From: Planctomycetota bacterium
GTDB taxonomy: Bacteria; Planctomycetota; UBA8108; SXIK01
Direction: 5' to 3'
Length of the DNA: 64,000 nt
Assembly: GCA_965223845.1 (NCBI GenBank)
Contig: CBDCXR010000004.1
Location: forward strand, 3,712,001-3,776,000
Below, piece after piece: positions 48,419 to 57,931 of this stretch (the first letter of the stretch is position 1; the number at the start of each line of letters is the position of its first letter). The notes below the pieces were generated by a model. The model had not been told where the DNA came from, did no database searches, and saw only the letters and a list, made by a program, of their open reading frames with translations. The position numbers were made by a program, and so were the translations under genes.

Positions 48419-48614
48419 CGGAGATCTCGAGCAAGCGCGGAGACGAAAACGAAGGAGAGAGTCTACCGCCATTCCGCCTTGCGCGCGGCGCGATTGCGCG
48501 CGGGAATCGCCAGGGGGTAGGATCGGAGCCGGCTCGCGGGGGTGACGCTGCGAGCCGAGAACCGGTCACGCCTACGTACGATCACTTCTCCCGATATCTC
48601 TATCGAGGTTTCCC

Positions 48615-49433
48615 TTGGGCTATCCCTTCGCCATCTGCAGCGAGCTTTTCTCGACTCCGATCGACGAAACCATCCGGACAGTCGCGGCGCTCGGGTTCGC
48701 GGGCATCGAGATCGCGCCCTTCAACATCGCCGAAGACGTGCGCGAGGTCTCCGCCTCGCGGCGGCGCGAAATTCGCAGCATCGCTGACGGCGAGGGAATC
48801 GAGATCGTCGGGCTCCACTGGCTTCTCGTCTCGCCGAAAGGCCTCCACCTCACGTCGGCGGATGCTTCGATCCGCGAGCGGACCGCCGAGTATTTGAGCG
48901 CCCTCGCTCACTTCTGCGCGGATCTCGGCGGGAGGGTCATGATCCTCGGGTCGCCGCAGCAGCGAAACCTCTCGCCGGCGGACGACCGCCCGAGCGCCGT
49001 CAAGCGCGCGGCCGACGTGCTCGCTACCGCGGGAGAGGCCTGCGCGGAGCGTGAGGTCCGCCTCCTCGTCGAGGCGCTTCACCCAGCCGAGACGAACTTC
49101 CTTCAGACGATCGAGGAGGTGCTCGCGCTGAACGCGGAGCACGGCCACCCCGCGATCGGATACATGCTCGACTGTAAAGCGATGTCGGGAATGCCCGACG
49201 GCGTCGTCGGCACGATCGAAAAGCACGGACGCGATGCCGGCCACTTCCACACGAACGATCCGAGCGGCGCCGGGCCCGGAATGGGCGAGCTCCAGTTCGG
49301 CCCCGTCATGTCCGCTCTTTCTCGGAGCGGCTACGAGGGATGGGTCTCGTCGGAGCCGTTCATCTACGAGCCGGATCCCGCGACGGTCGCGCGCACGGCG
49401 CTCGCGACGCTGCGGCAGGCGGAAACCGCCTGA
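48615..49433 (+). CDS. Sugar phosphate isomerase/epimerase (xylose-isomerase-like TIM barrel; tagatose/psicose 3-epimerase-like)
   Basis: GFAGIEIAPF, VEAL...ETNF, LDCKA, HFHTND, WVSSEPF. Confidence 0.88.
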   Translation: MGYPFAICSELFSTPIDETIRTVAALGFAGIEIAPFNIAEDVREVSASRRREIRSIADGEGIEIVGLHWLLVSPKGLHLTSADASIRERTAEYLSALAHFCADLGGRVMILGSPQQRNLSPADDRPSAVKRAADVLATAGEACAEREVRLLVEALHPAETNFLQTIEEVLALNAEHGHPAIGYMLDCKAMSGMPDGVVGTIEKHGRDAGHFHTNDPSGAGPGMGELQFGPVMSALSRSGYEGWVSSEPFIYEPDPATVARTALATLRQAETA

Positions 49434-49545
49434 TCGCGACCACTCCGCGGGTCGATCGGTCCTTACCGGAAGGAATCCGCCGCGCTGACGGCGCCCGACG
49501 GCCGCCGGGTCGGCCGGTCGCGAGGCTGCCGACGGACGGCCACGG

Positions 49546-49575
49546 TTGCGGGAGAGACCGAAACGACGGTACAAT
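49546..49575 (+). promoter_or_regulatory. Sigma70-like promoter of the small basic ORF
   Basis: TTGCGG-N18-TACAAT ending 42 nt before ATG 49618. Confidence 0.6.
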
Positions 49576-49617
49576 CCGGCCCTTTGTCCCGCCGCCCCGT
49601 CGAGGAGCAGACGCAGA

Positions 49618-49698
49618 ATGCGCAAGAAGCACCGAGGCCGTCGCAAGATGGGCCAGAAGAAACGCCGCGCTCGGAAGAAGCGGCGCATGAAGAAGTAG
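49618..49698 (+). CDS. 26-aa highly basic peptide; candidate bS22/eL41-like ribosomal protein (not in ORF track)
   Basis: MRKKHRGRRKMGQKKRRARKKRRMKK*; RBS GAGGAG at 49602-49607; upstream promoter. Confidence 0.75.
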   Translation: MRKKHRGRRKMGQKKRRARKKRRMKK

Positions 49699-49824
49699 AG
49701 TTGTCGCGGCGTCCCTTCGCCCGCGGAGCGCGAGGGGCCGCACGAGAGAGACTCTCGTAGATCGCGCGACTCCTCAGCGCAGCGGGGCAGGTCGCTCCGC
49801 CGCGAACACTGCGATCGAACGTAA

Positions 49825-50868
49825 GTGACGACACCGCCTCTCGGCCGAATGACGTTCGAGCTTCCGCAGTCGCCCTCTGCGTCCGTGCGTCGGAGCCAGT
49901 TCCGGAATGCGCTCGACGTCGGCTGGGAAAAGGCCCGCGCGAACGCCCGGTCGGCGGAAGGTCTCGAGTACGATCCCGCCGACTCCCGCGTCGTTGTGAG
50001 GGGCGCATTCCGGTACCGATACCTGCCCGGACGCGCCGCGCGGCCGCGGTCTCGTGCCCGCGGACAGCCGGGCGATCTCTTCCTCGAGCACTCCGCGTGC
50101 GCGTTCGACGAGGACGACTTCCTCCGCCGAATCTTCCTCACCGTCGAGCGACGAGGCCGGGCTTACGGGTTGACCGCGAATCGCTACCCCGTCGTCTCCC
50201 GGCATTTTCTCATCGCGCGCGATCGCGGTGCGAATGAAGCCGAGCTCAGTCAACGCCTCTACGGGCCGGACGAGCTCGCAGACATGATTCTCCTCCTCGT
50301 CGCGATCGGTCCACCGCTCCGCTTTTTCTTCAACTCGAACCCGGCGAGCGATGGCTCGGTGAGCGGTTCGAGCGTGAATCACTGGCACTTTCAGTGCTTC
50401 GCGGAGGACGTCGGGGCGTCGGGCCCGATCTTCGACGACACCTCGGCGGCGGTGACCATCGCCCCGGGGGTCACCGCCGGTCGCGTACCCGACTGGCGGG
50501 CTCACCACGCGTTCGTCGACGGCGACGCTCGATCGGTCGACGCGGCCGCGCGCGCGCTCTGGTCACTCGTCGATTCGGTCCACGAGATCGGCGCCGCCTA
50601 CAACGTCGAGATCGCCGCGCGGAAGGACGCGACATTCCGCGCTCTCGTGTTCCCGCGCGCGCCGGCGGCGGATCGCACGCTCCCGACGGGCGGTCTTCTC
50701 CGCGCGAGCTTCGGCGGCTGCGAGCTGACCGGAGACCTCGTCATCGACGATGTCAAAGCGTTCGACTGGATCGCCGAGAACGCCCAAGCCGCCGACACGC
50801 TCACCGAGGTTCGCTACGAAGAGACCACGCGGCCGGTACCCGGTCTCTCCCGCATCGCACCGCCCTGA
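49825..50868 (+). CDS. HIT/GalT-like nucleotidyltransferase (GDP-hexose phosphorylase / Ap4A phosphorylase-like)
   Basis: ANRYPVVSRHFLI, FFNS...GSSVNHWHFQ (HxHxQ). Confidence 0.7.
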   Translation: MTTPPLGRMTFELPQSPSASVRRSQFRNALDVGWEKARANARSAEGLEYDPADSRVVVRGAFRYRYLPGRAARPRSRARGQPGDLFLEHSACAFDEDDFLRRIFLTVERRGRAYGLTANRYPVVSRHFLIARDRGANEAELSQRLYGPDELADMILLLVAIGPPLRFFFNSNPASDGSVSGSSVNHWHFQCFAEDVGASGPIFDDTSAAVTIAPGVTAGRVPDWRAHHAFVDGDARSVDAAARALWSLVDSVHEIGAAYNVEIAARKDATFRALVFPRAPAADRTLPTGGLLRASFGGCELTGDLVIDDVKAFDWIAENAQAADTLTEVRYEETTRPVPGLSRIAPP

Positions 50869-50878
50869 TCGGGCGACT

Positions 50879-51901
50879 TCACCGCGAGCGGCGGCGGAGC
50901 TGATCCGCGGCGACGGCGGCGATGATGATGACGCCGATGAAGATCTCCTGGACGAACGTCGGGATCTGATAGATGTCGCAGCCGTTGCGGAGGATCCCCA
51001 TCACAAAGGCGCCGATGATCGTCCCGAGGATGCTCCCCTTACCGCCGCTCAGGCTCGCCCCTCCGATCACGACGCCCGCGATGATGTCGAGCTCGCGTCC
51101 GACGGCGACCGTGGGATCACCGACGGTGAGCTGAGAGAACTGAAGAAGTCCCGCGACGCCGGTAAAGAATCCCGCGGCGGAGTAGATGATGACCTTCTGA
51201 CGCGCGACGTTGACGCCGCAGAGCCGCGCTGTCGCCTCGTTCGATCCGATCGCGAACACGTACCGGCCGAACACGCTGTAACGAAGGATGCAGTGCACGC
51301 CGACAGCGAGGACGACGAGGAGCACGACGCCGATCGGGAGCTTCCACACCGGAACGTGAGCCCCGCGCTCCAGACGGAGAAGGTCGTTCAACCACGTGAC
51401 GGGAACGGTCACGCGCTGCTCGTCGCCGAGATACTTCGCGACGCCGCGCGCGACGCCCATCATTCCGAGCGTCACGATGAACGGAACGATGCGAAGCGCC
51501 GTGATCGCGAGGCCGTTCAGGAAGCCGACGAAGGCGCCGCACGCGAGCCCCGCGGCGAGCGCCACGACAGGAGGCGCTCCCGCGCGGACGACGACGGCGA
51601 TCACCACCGTCGTGAGCGCGATCGACGAACCGGGGCTGAGGTCGATTCCCCCGCTGATGATGACGAGCGTCATCCCGAGTGCCGCGATCGCGACGATCGC
51701 GGTCTGCGCGGCGACGAGCTTTAGATTGTCCTTCGTGAAGAGGAGCGCGAAGTCGTCGAACGAGCCGTCGCGCGAGAGATCGTAGACGGCAAAAAACGTG
51801 TAGATGATCGCGATCCCGAGAAACGGCGCGAGCACCGAGAGGTAGCTCGTCCAGAGCCTCGGCGGCGGCGATTCGTGATCGGTTGCTGCTCCCTGCGTCA
51901 T
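50879..51901 (-). CDS. Monosaccharide ABC transporter permease (RbsC type)
   Basis: GMTLVIISGGIDLS, FGRYVFAIGSNE, ELDIIAGVVIGG; start ATG 51901. Confidence 0.93.
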   Translation of the reverse strand: MTQGAATDHESPPPRLWTSYLSVLAPFLGIAIIYTFFAVYDLSRDGSFDDFALLFTKDNLKLVAAQTAIVAIAALGMTLVIISGGIDLSPGSSIALTTVVIAVVVRAGAPPVVALAAGLACGAFVGFLNGLAITALRIVPFIVTLGMMGVARGVAKYLGDEQRVTVPVTWLNDLLRLERGAHVPVWKLPIGVVLLVVLAVGVHCILRYSVFGRYVFAIGSNEATARLCGVNVARQKVIIYSAAGFFTGVAGLLQFSQLTVGDPTVAVGRELDIIAGVVIGGASLSGGKGSILGTIIGAFVMGILRNGCDIYQIPTFVQEIFIGVIIIAAVAADQLRRRSR

Positions 51902-53424
51902 GTGACTCCGTCCTGCGGCCCCATCGTCGCGTAGGCCATGATGCTCTTCTCGTCCCACTCGGCCGCCGGGCGGATCGCGCTGAGGCGACCCCGAGCCATC
52001 ACCGCGACGCGGTCGCAAACGCCGAGGAGCTCCGGCAAGTAGGAGCTGACGAAGAGCACGGCTTTGCCCTGCTGCGCAAGCAAACCGATCTGGCGATAGA
52101 CTTCGACCTTGCTCCCGACGTCGATGCCGCGCGTCGGCTCGTCGAGGAGGACGACGTCTGCCTCCTGGTGCGTGAGCCGTGCGAGTGCGACCTTCTGCTG
52201 GTTTCCGCCCGAGAGATCTTCCACGGGCTGCGTCACCGCGCGGCAGACGACACCGAGCGCGCCCGCGCAGTTCGCCACGCGGCTCCGGTGGCGGCGTGGC
52301 GACACCCAGCCCGCGGTCGCCACCGTCGAGAAGCGCGAGAGCGTCACGTTGTCGGCGATCGACATGCCGAGCGCGAGCCCTTCGTCTTTCCGATTCTCGC
52401 TGAGAAGACCGACGCCTTGGCGCACGCGGCGTCGCGGAGTTCCGACTCCCGCATCGGAGCCAGAAATGCGCACAAGGCCGCTCACGACGGGATCGAGCCC
52501 GTACACTGCGCGCACGAGCTCGGTGCGACCCGCGCCGACGAGGCCGGCGATCCCGAGAATCTCGCCGCGGTGAAGATCGAGATCGACTCCGAGGAGTCGC
52601 GTCTCGCCGGCGAGTTGGTCGAGCTCGAGGACGACCTCGCCGCGCTCGTGGGGAACGCGCGGAAAAAACTCGTCGAGTGAGCGACCGACCATGAGCTCGA
52701 TGATCGAATCGATCGGCGTGTCCGCGACGACGCCCGTTCCGACCGTACGACCTTCGCGAAGGACGGTGAAGCGATCACAGCTGCGCTTCACCTCCTCGAG
52801 GAAGTGGCTGATGTAGACGATGCTCACGCCGCGCTCCTTGAGTCGCGCGATCACGTCGAAGAGCCGCTCGGTGTCTACGGCAGTGAGGGAGCTCGTCGGT
52901 TCGTCGAGGACGATCAGTCGCGCATCCGCGACGATCGCGCGCGCGATTTCGACGATCTGCTGCTCGGCGACGGCGAGCCGTCCCACCGGCGTCCGTGGAT
53001 CCACTCGCGAGTGACCGAGCGTCGCGAGAGCGTCCCGGACGCGCTCCTCGTGCTCCGCGCGCCGCACAAATCCCCAGCGCGCCCGCTCGACGCCGAGGAA
53101 GATGTTCTCCTCCGCGCTCAGATCCGGCGCGAGATTGAGCTCCTGGTAGATCATGCTCACCCCGCGCGCGAGCGAGCTCTGCGGCCCGCTCGGCGCGTAG
53201 ACCTCGCCATCGAGCCGCATGGTTCCACCGTCCGGGTCGACCGCCCCGGAGAGAACCTTCATGAGCGTGCTTTTCCCGGCGCCGTTCTCGCCGATCAGGG
53301 CGTGCACTTCCCCGGCGCGCACCGACAGATCGACGCCTCGAAGCGCGTGGGTCGGACCGAAGCTGCGGCGGATTCCCCGCATTTCGAGGATCGGCACCTC
53401 GCTCGCCCGGGCGGCGTCCTCCAC
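51898..53424 (-). CDS. Monosaccharide ABC transporter ATPase (RbsA type, two ABC domains)
   Basis: GENGAGKST, LDEPT, LSGGNQQKV, DEPTRGID. Confidence 0.95.
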   Translation of the reverse strand: MEDAARASEVPILEMRGIRRSFGPTHALRGVDLSVRAGEVHALIGENGAGKSTLMKVLSGAVDPDGGTMRLDGEVYAPSGPQSSLARGVSMIYQELNLAPDLSAEENIFLGVERARWGFVRRAEHEERVRDALATLGHSRVDPRTPVGRLAVAEQQIVEIARAIVADARLIVLDEPTSSLTAVDTERLFDVIARLKERGVSIVYISHFLEEVKRSCDRFTVLREGRTVGTGVVADTPIDSIIELMVGRSLDEFFPRVPHERGEVVLELDQLAGETRLLGVDLDLHRGEILGIAGLVGAGRTELVRAVYGLDPVVSGLVRISGSDAGVGTPRRRVRQGVGLLSENRKDEGLALGMSIADNVTLSRFSTVATAGWVSPRRHRSRVANCAGALGVVCRAVTQPVEDLSGGNQQKVALARLTHQEADVVLLDEPTRGIDVGSKVEVYRQIGLLAQQGKAVLFVSSYLPELLGVCDRVAVMARGRLSAIRPAAEWDEKSIMAYATMGPQDGVT

Positions 53425-53428
53425 GCCG

Positions 53429-54502
53429 TCACTCCCCGAGCCAGGGCGAGAGATCCGGCGAGTGGAGGAGCTTCATATCGGGCTCGTCCATGTTCGCCTT
53501 CGTGACGACGGTGACGCCGGTGTCGATCCTCGTCTCGAACGGAGTGCCCTGGATCGCCGCGTACACCGTCTTGAGCGCGGTGTAGCCCATCTTGATCGGG
53601 TTCTGCAGGACGAGACCGTGGATCTTTCCGTCGCGAATCGCCTGAACGAGGGTCTCGCTTGCGTCGAACCCGACGAACTGAATCTTTCCCGCGGCACCGT
53701 GATCTTCGAGGGCGCGCAGCATCCCGAACGTGACCGATTCGTTCGGGCAGAAGATCCCGTTCGTTTCCGCCGCGAGCCGCGTGAGGAGATTCTGCGCCTT
53801 CTGGTAGGCCGATTCGGCGGTCGCGCCGGCGTAGAGGTCGGAGCTGATGAGCTGGATGTCGGCGAACTCCTTCGCGAGCGTGTCGACGAACCCCTTCTCG
53901 CGCTGCATCGTGCTCTCCGATCCTTCCTGGTAGCGGAGCAGGATCACATTTCCCTTGCCGCCGAGAAGCTCGCCGAGCCGCCGCGCGCCGAGCACGCCGC
54001 CGTGATAGTTGTCGGTGGCTACATACGCGAGGTAATCCTCGCCGACGGTCCCCTGGAGCCCGCTGTCGAAAACGACGACGGGGATCTTTGCCTTCATCGC
54101 GTCCTGTACGGGCCGGAGAAGGGCGGCGTCGTCGAGAGGCGCGAGGCACATCCCGGCGACCTCGAGCGAGATGAAATTGTCGACGACCTGGATCTGCTGC
54201 GCGCGATCGTCTTCCTTCTGGGGTCCCTTCCAGATGGCTTCGATCGCCGGTCCGCCGGCCGCGTTGATCTCACGCTCGGCCTTGATCACGCCGGCGTGAA
54301 CCATCTTCCAGAACTCGTGCGTCGTCCCCTTCGGAACGACGGCGATGCGGAGGGCGCCGCCGGAGGCTTTGGGCGAGCAGCCGGTGAGCAGGCTCGCGAC
54401 GACCACGGCTCCGAGCAGGAGCACGCCGCACGCCGCGACCGCGCGTGCGTATCCGGACGAGACGGTATCGGAACTTGGAACACTCCCGAGTGAGCACTGC
54501 AT
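53429..54502 (-). CDS. Monosaccharide ABC substrate-binding lipoprotein (RbsB-like)
   Basis: Lipobox LLTGC; VPKGTTHEFW, ATDN, VGFD, QNP; start uncertain. Confidence 0.92.
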   Translation of the reverse strand: MQCSLGSVPSSDTVSSGYARAVAACGVLLLGAVVVASLLTGCSPKASGGALRIAVVPKGTTHEFWKMVHAGVIKAEREINAAGGPAIEAIWKGPQKEDDRAQQIQVVDNFISLEVAGMCLAPLDDAALLRPVQDAMKAKIPVVVFDSGLQGTVGEDYLAYVATDNYHGGVLGARRLGELLGGKGNVILLRYQEGSESTMQREKGFVDTLAKEFADIQLISSDLYAGATAESAYQKAQNLLTRLAAETNGIFCPNESVTFGMLRALEDHGAAGKIQFVGFDASETLVQAIRDGKIHGLVLQNPIKMGYTALKTVYAAIQGTPFETRIDTGVTVVTKANMDEPDMKLLHSPDLSPWLGE

Positions 54503-54958
54503 GGCGAGTCTCTCCGCCGGAGCTCGCGCGGGCGGCGAACGGCCACCGCGTGCGAGGCGTCGAATAGCGATCCGCGATGATGAGCACGGATCAGTAACGT
54601 CGACCGAAGAGCGCTGTCCGATTCTCTGACACCGCGCGCGGACCCCGGGCCTGCACTCGTACGAGTCGACGACGAAATCGTCGAAGAAAGATCGCGCAGC
54701 TTAACGAAAAGTTAGCACGGTTGCGAGCGGCTGGAGACCGCCGCACACCCGCGCGTCGCCAGCACCCGGGACGGACGGATTTGCTGGGAAATCGTCGATG
54801 CGCCTGTCTACAATGTGACCTCAAGCTGACAAGGACGTAGGGCAGGGCGGGGTCACCGGCTCCGCAGCTCGGCGAGACGGTGTCTCGTCAACGTCCTCTC
54901 CGTCCCGCCCGACTCTCGTGCTCGACGCTCGGTTCCCCAGAGTCACTCGACGAGATCC

Positions 54959-56941
54959 ATGAGACGAATCACCGTTTGCTTCGTGACGGCCGTGCTCATC
55001 GCCGGCGGTACGCTCCGGGCCGATGACCCGGTCTCCAAAGCCATCGATCGCGGCATCGACTATCTCCTCGCGGAATCGAAGGCCGAGTTTCAAAAGCTCC
55101 GCGGGAAGTACGGATCGCGCAAGGTCCCGCCGCAGATCGACGTCGGAGCGTTCGCGATGCAGCTCTACGGGCTCGTCGTGGCCGGTGTCTCGGTGGATGA
55201 TCCTCTCGTCCGTTCCGGACTCAAGTTCCTCGAACGACTGTCCTTTCGCGGGCACCGCGCCACCTATGTCACGGCGGTCTACGTGTTCCTTCTCGATGCC
55301 GCGATCGCGCAGCTCGAGAACGACATGATGATGCTGAATCCCAAGCTCGCGGGAAAACGCTTCAAGGACGACCCGCGGATCGGCCGTCAGTTCCGCGGTC
55401 GACTGAAGGCGGCGGTCGACGCTCTCTCGGCGTCGCAGAACGGCCGCGGCTCATGGCGCTACGACTACGGCGCCCAGGACTTCGACAACTCGAACGTTCA
55501 GTTTGCGGTACTCGCCCTCGGGATCGGCGCGAAGCGAAGCATTCCGATCCGCCGCGCGGTGTGGCAAAAGACGATGGATCACTTCCTCCGCACCCAAGAG
55601 AAGAAAGGCCCGAAGACCTCGAAGCGCCTCGAGCTCGAGGAGACGGACGAAGACCGACGCAATCGCGTCAACGTGGTCTCCAGGGACGGAAGTCCAGTCG
55701 AGGAAGAAGAAAAGGAATCCAAGGAAAAACGGAAATCCGATCGCCGCGGAAAGACGACCAGCAAGCAGCGGCGCGTGATCGACGTCCCCGATCCGATCGT
55801 CGGCACGGAGGATGTCGACGTGCACTCGCGCGGATGGGCGTATCTCTCCGCGAGCGGGGGAAAAGAAGGACACAACCGCGCGAAGTGGGCGATGACGTGT
55901 GCCGGCGTCTCGTCGATGCTCCTCGTCCGCGCCAATCTTCCGCTCAAGGGGAGCGCGAAGGCCGAACTCGACAAGTCGATCCGCGACGGCTACGGCTGGA
56001 TGATGGATCACTTCAACGGCGGCGGGAACGGCTACCAGATGTACAGTCTCGAAAAGGTGGGCGACATCGGCCGCGTCAAGCTGTTCGCCGGAAACGATTG
56101 GTACAGTCAACTCGAGAAGCACATCCTCGGCCGCCAACGCGGGAACGGCTCGTTCGACATCGACACGCACGCGAAGGGCGAGCACCCCGGGCTGGGCTCG
56201 GCGTACGCACTCCTCATTCTCAACCGCGCAACGAGCCTGCTCAGCCAGAGTCCCGCGACGCGCATCATCGTCTCGGGACGCACCGCGCCCAAAGGCGACC
56301 TGAGCGATCGCAGCTGGGTGTACGTTCCCGTCCTCGACACGACACTCCATTACCCGTCCCTGCTTCGGGCGATCCGTCTCCGACCCTCGCCCAAACTGAT
56401 CAAGTTCCTGCGCAACATCATCGACAACTACGCGGACGAGTGGAAAGGCGAGCTCATTCCCGGACTCGCGCGCATCCGCGACGAAGTGACGAACCGAGCC
56501 GCGCGCGGGATCATCGACGAGTACCTGACGGACATCACCGGTTTCCACTACGAGGACCCGGAAAAATACATGACCTGGTTCCGGCGCTGGAGCCGTGTCG
56601 TCAAGATGGCGGAGTCCGGCGACTCGGCCTACCGCAAGCAGCTCATGACGTATTACGAGAGCACGAGTCGCAGCGTGCCCCTCCGAAAGACGGTCATGTG
56701 GGCGCTCACTCGCGTGAAGGCGCGCGAATCGATCCCGCTACTCCTCAAGGACCTCGCGCACGAAGACCCGGTGGTGCGCCTCGCGGCGTACACAAATCTG
56801 CGCGCGTTCTACGTCGAGTTCCCACCGCCGTTCGACCCGAACGGCGATCCGGCCACGCGCTCGAGCCAAGTACGCGCGATCCGCACCTGGCAGCAGGAAG
56901 AGGAAGACAAGCGCCGGGCCCGTGGGAAGCGACGGAGCTGA
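54959..56941 (+). CDS. Exported protein with prenyltransferase-like alpha/alpha repeats and C-terminal HEAT-like repeats
   Basis: Signal peptide; AIDRGIDYL, SQNGRGSW, DNSNVQFAVLAL, RQRGNGSF; LLKDLAHEDPVVRLAA. Confidence 0.75.
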   Translation: MRRITVCFVTAVLIAGGTLRADDPVSKAIDRGIDYLLAESKAEFQKLRGKYGSRKVPPQIDVGAFAMQLYGLVVAGVSVDDPLVRSGLKFLERLSFRGHRATYVTAVYVFLLDAAIAQLENDMMMLNPKLAGKRFKDDPRIGRQFRGRLKAAVDALSASQNGRGSWRYDYGAQDFDNSNVQFAVLALGIGAKRSIPIRRAVWQKTMDHFLRTQEKKGPKTSKRLELEETDEDRRNRVNVVSRDGSPVEEEEKESKEKRKSDRRGKTTSKQRRVIDVPDPIVGTEDVDVHSRGWAYLSASGGKEGHNRAKWAMTCAGVSSMLLVRANLPLKGSAKAELDKSIRDGYGWMMDHFNGGGNGYQMYSLEKVGDIGRVKLFAGNDWYSQLEKHILGRQRGNGSFDIDTHAKGEHPGLGSAYALLILNRATSLLSQSPATRIIVSGRTAPKGDLSDRSWVYVPVLDTTLHYPSLLRAIRLRPSPKLIKFLRNIIDNYADEWKGELIPGLARIRDEVTNRAARGIIDEYLTDITGFHYEDPEKYMTWFRRWSRVVKMAESGDSAYRKQLMTYYESTSRSVPLRKTVMWALTRVKARESIPLLLKDLAHEDPVVRLAAYTNLRAFYVEFPPPFDPNGDPATRSSQVRAIRTWQQEEEDKRRARGKRRS

Positions 56942-56954
56942 CGTCGTCGCGAGG

Positions 56955-57881
56955 GTGCGAATCGCGGTTCATCTGACGCACCCCCGGGTCGAGGCCTGGA
57001 ACTTCACCCCGGCGCACGCGGACCGGCTCCGTGCCGCGTTCCCCGAAGCGGTGGTGACGCGCTGCGCGTCCGCCGACGCGTTCGCCGCGGCACTCACGGA
57101 GGCAGACGGCGGCATCGCTTGGCGATTCGAGCAAGGGTGGCTCGACGCGGCGCCCTCGCTCCGCTGGATCGCCACACCCGCCGCGGGTCGGGATTACTTC
57201 CGTGTGACGCCCCCCGCCGGGGTCGACGTCTACTACGGCGCGTTTCAGGGCGAGCTCATCGCCGAGACCGTCGTCGGAGCGATGCTCGGATTTCGGCGCG
57301 GCCTCTTCGACGCGATCGCTCTCGCCGAGGCGGAGTGGCCGCGCGGAGAGCTCAGCCGGAGGATGGGGACGCTCCGCGGCGACCACGTGGTCATCCTCGG
57401 ATTCGGCTCGATCGGCCGCTGGATCGGGAAACTCGTCAAGCCGTTCGGCGCCCGCATCACGGGAATCCGGCGCCGGAGCGATTCTCCGCCCCCCGACTAC
57501 TTCGACGGGGACGACCGGCAGCGACCACCGGAGGAGGTCGACGCCGTGCTACCGGATGCGGACCACCTCGTCCTCGCGCTTCCAGACGCCCCGTCGACGC
57601 GCCGGATCCTCGACGCGACGCGCCTCGCTCGGCTGCGGTCGAGCGCCTACGTCTACAATGTGGGGCGCGGGACGGCGATCGACGAGTCCGCGCTCGCCGA
57701 TGCCCTCGAGGGTGAGCGTCTCGCCGGGGCCGCGCTCGATGTCTACGAAGTCGAGCCTCTCCCCGCCGATTCGCGGCTTCGACGTTGCCCACGCCTCCTG
57801 CGACTCCCCCACGCCTCCGCGATCGCCCCGAACTACCTCGACCTCTTCGTCGACGAATTCGCGGCGCGCTTCCGCGGCTGA
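56955..57881 (+). CDS. D-2-hydroxyacid dehydrogenase family
   Basis: GFGSIG, NVGRG, LDVYEVEPLP, LPHAS; GTG 56955 preferred as start. Confidence 0.92.
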   Translation: MRIAVHLTHPRVEAWNFTPAHADRLRAAFPEAVVTRCASADAFAAALTEADGGIAWRFEQGWLDAAPSLRWIATPAAGRDYFRVTPPAGVDVYYGAFQGELIAETVVGAMLGFRRGLFDAIALAEAEWPRGELSRRMGTLRGDHVVILGFGSIGRWIGKLVKPFGARITGIRRRSDSPPPDYFDGDDRQRPPEEVDAVLPDADHLVLALPDAPSTRRILDATRLARLRSSAYVYNVGRGTAIDESALADALEGERLAGAALDVYEVEPLPADSRLRRCPRLLRLPHASAIAPNYLDLFVDEFAARFRG

Positions 57882-57931
57882 GGCGAGCGCCCGAGCCGAC
57901 AACGCTCCGCCGGTTCAGAGCGAGCTTTCGA

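Noticed and set aside
54690-54815. Imperfect palindrome CTTAAC-GAAAA-GTTAG and a TACAAT box between the sugar ABC operon and the 54959 gene
   Set aside because: Too short and imperfect, no regulator gene nearby, and the TTGCTG-TACAAT spacing of 22 nt is non-canonical
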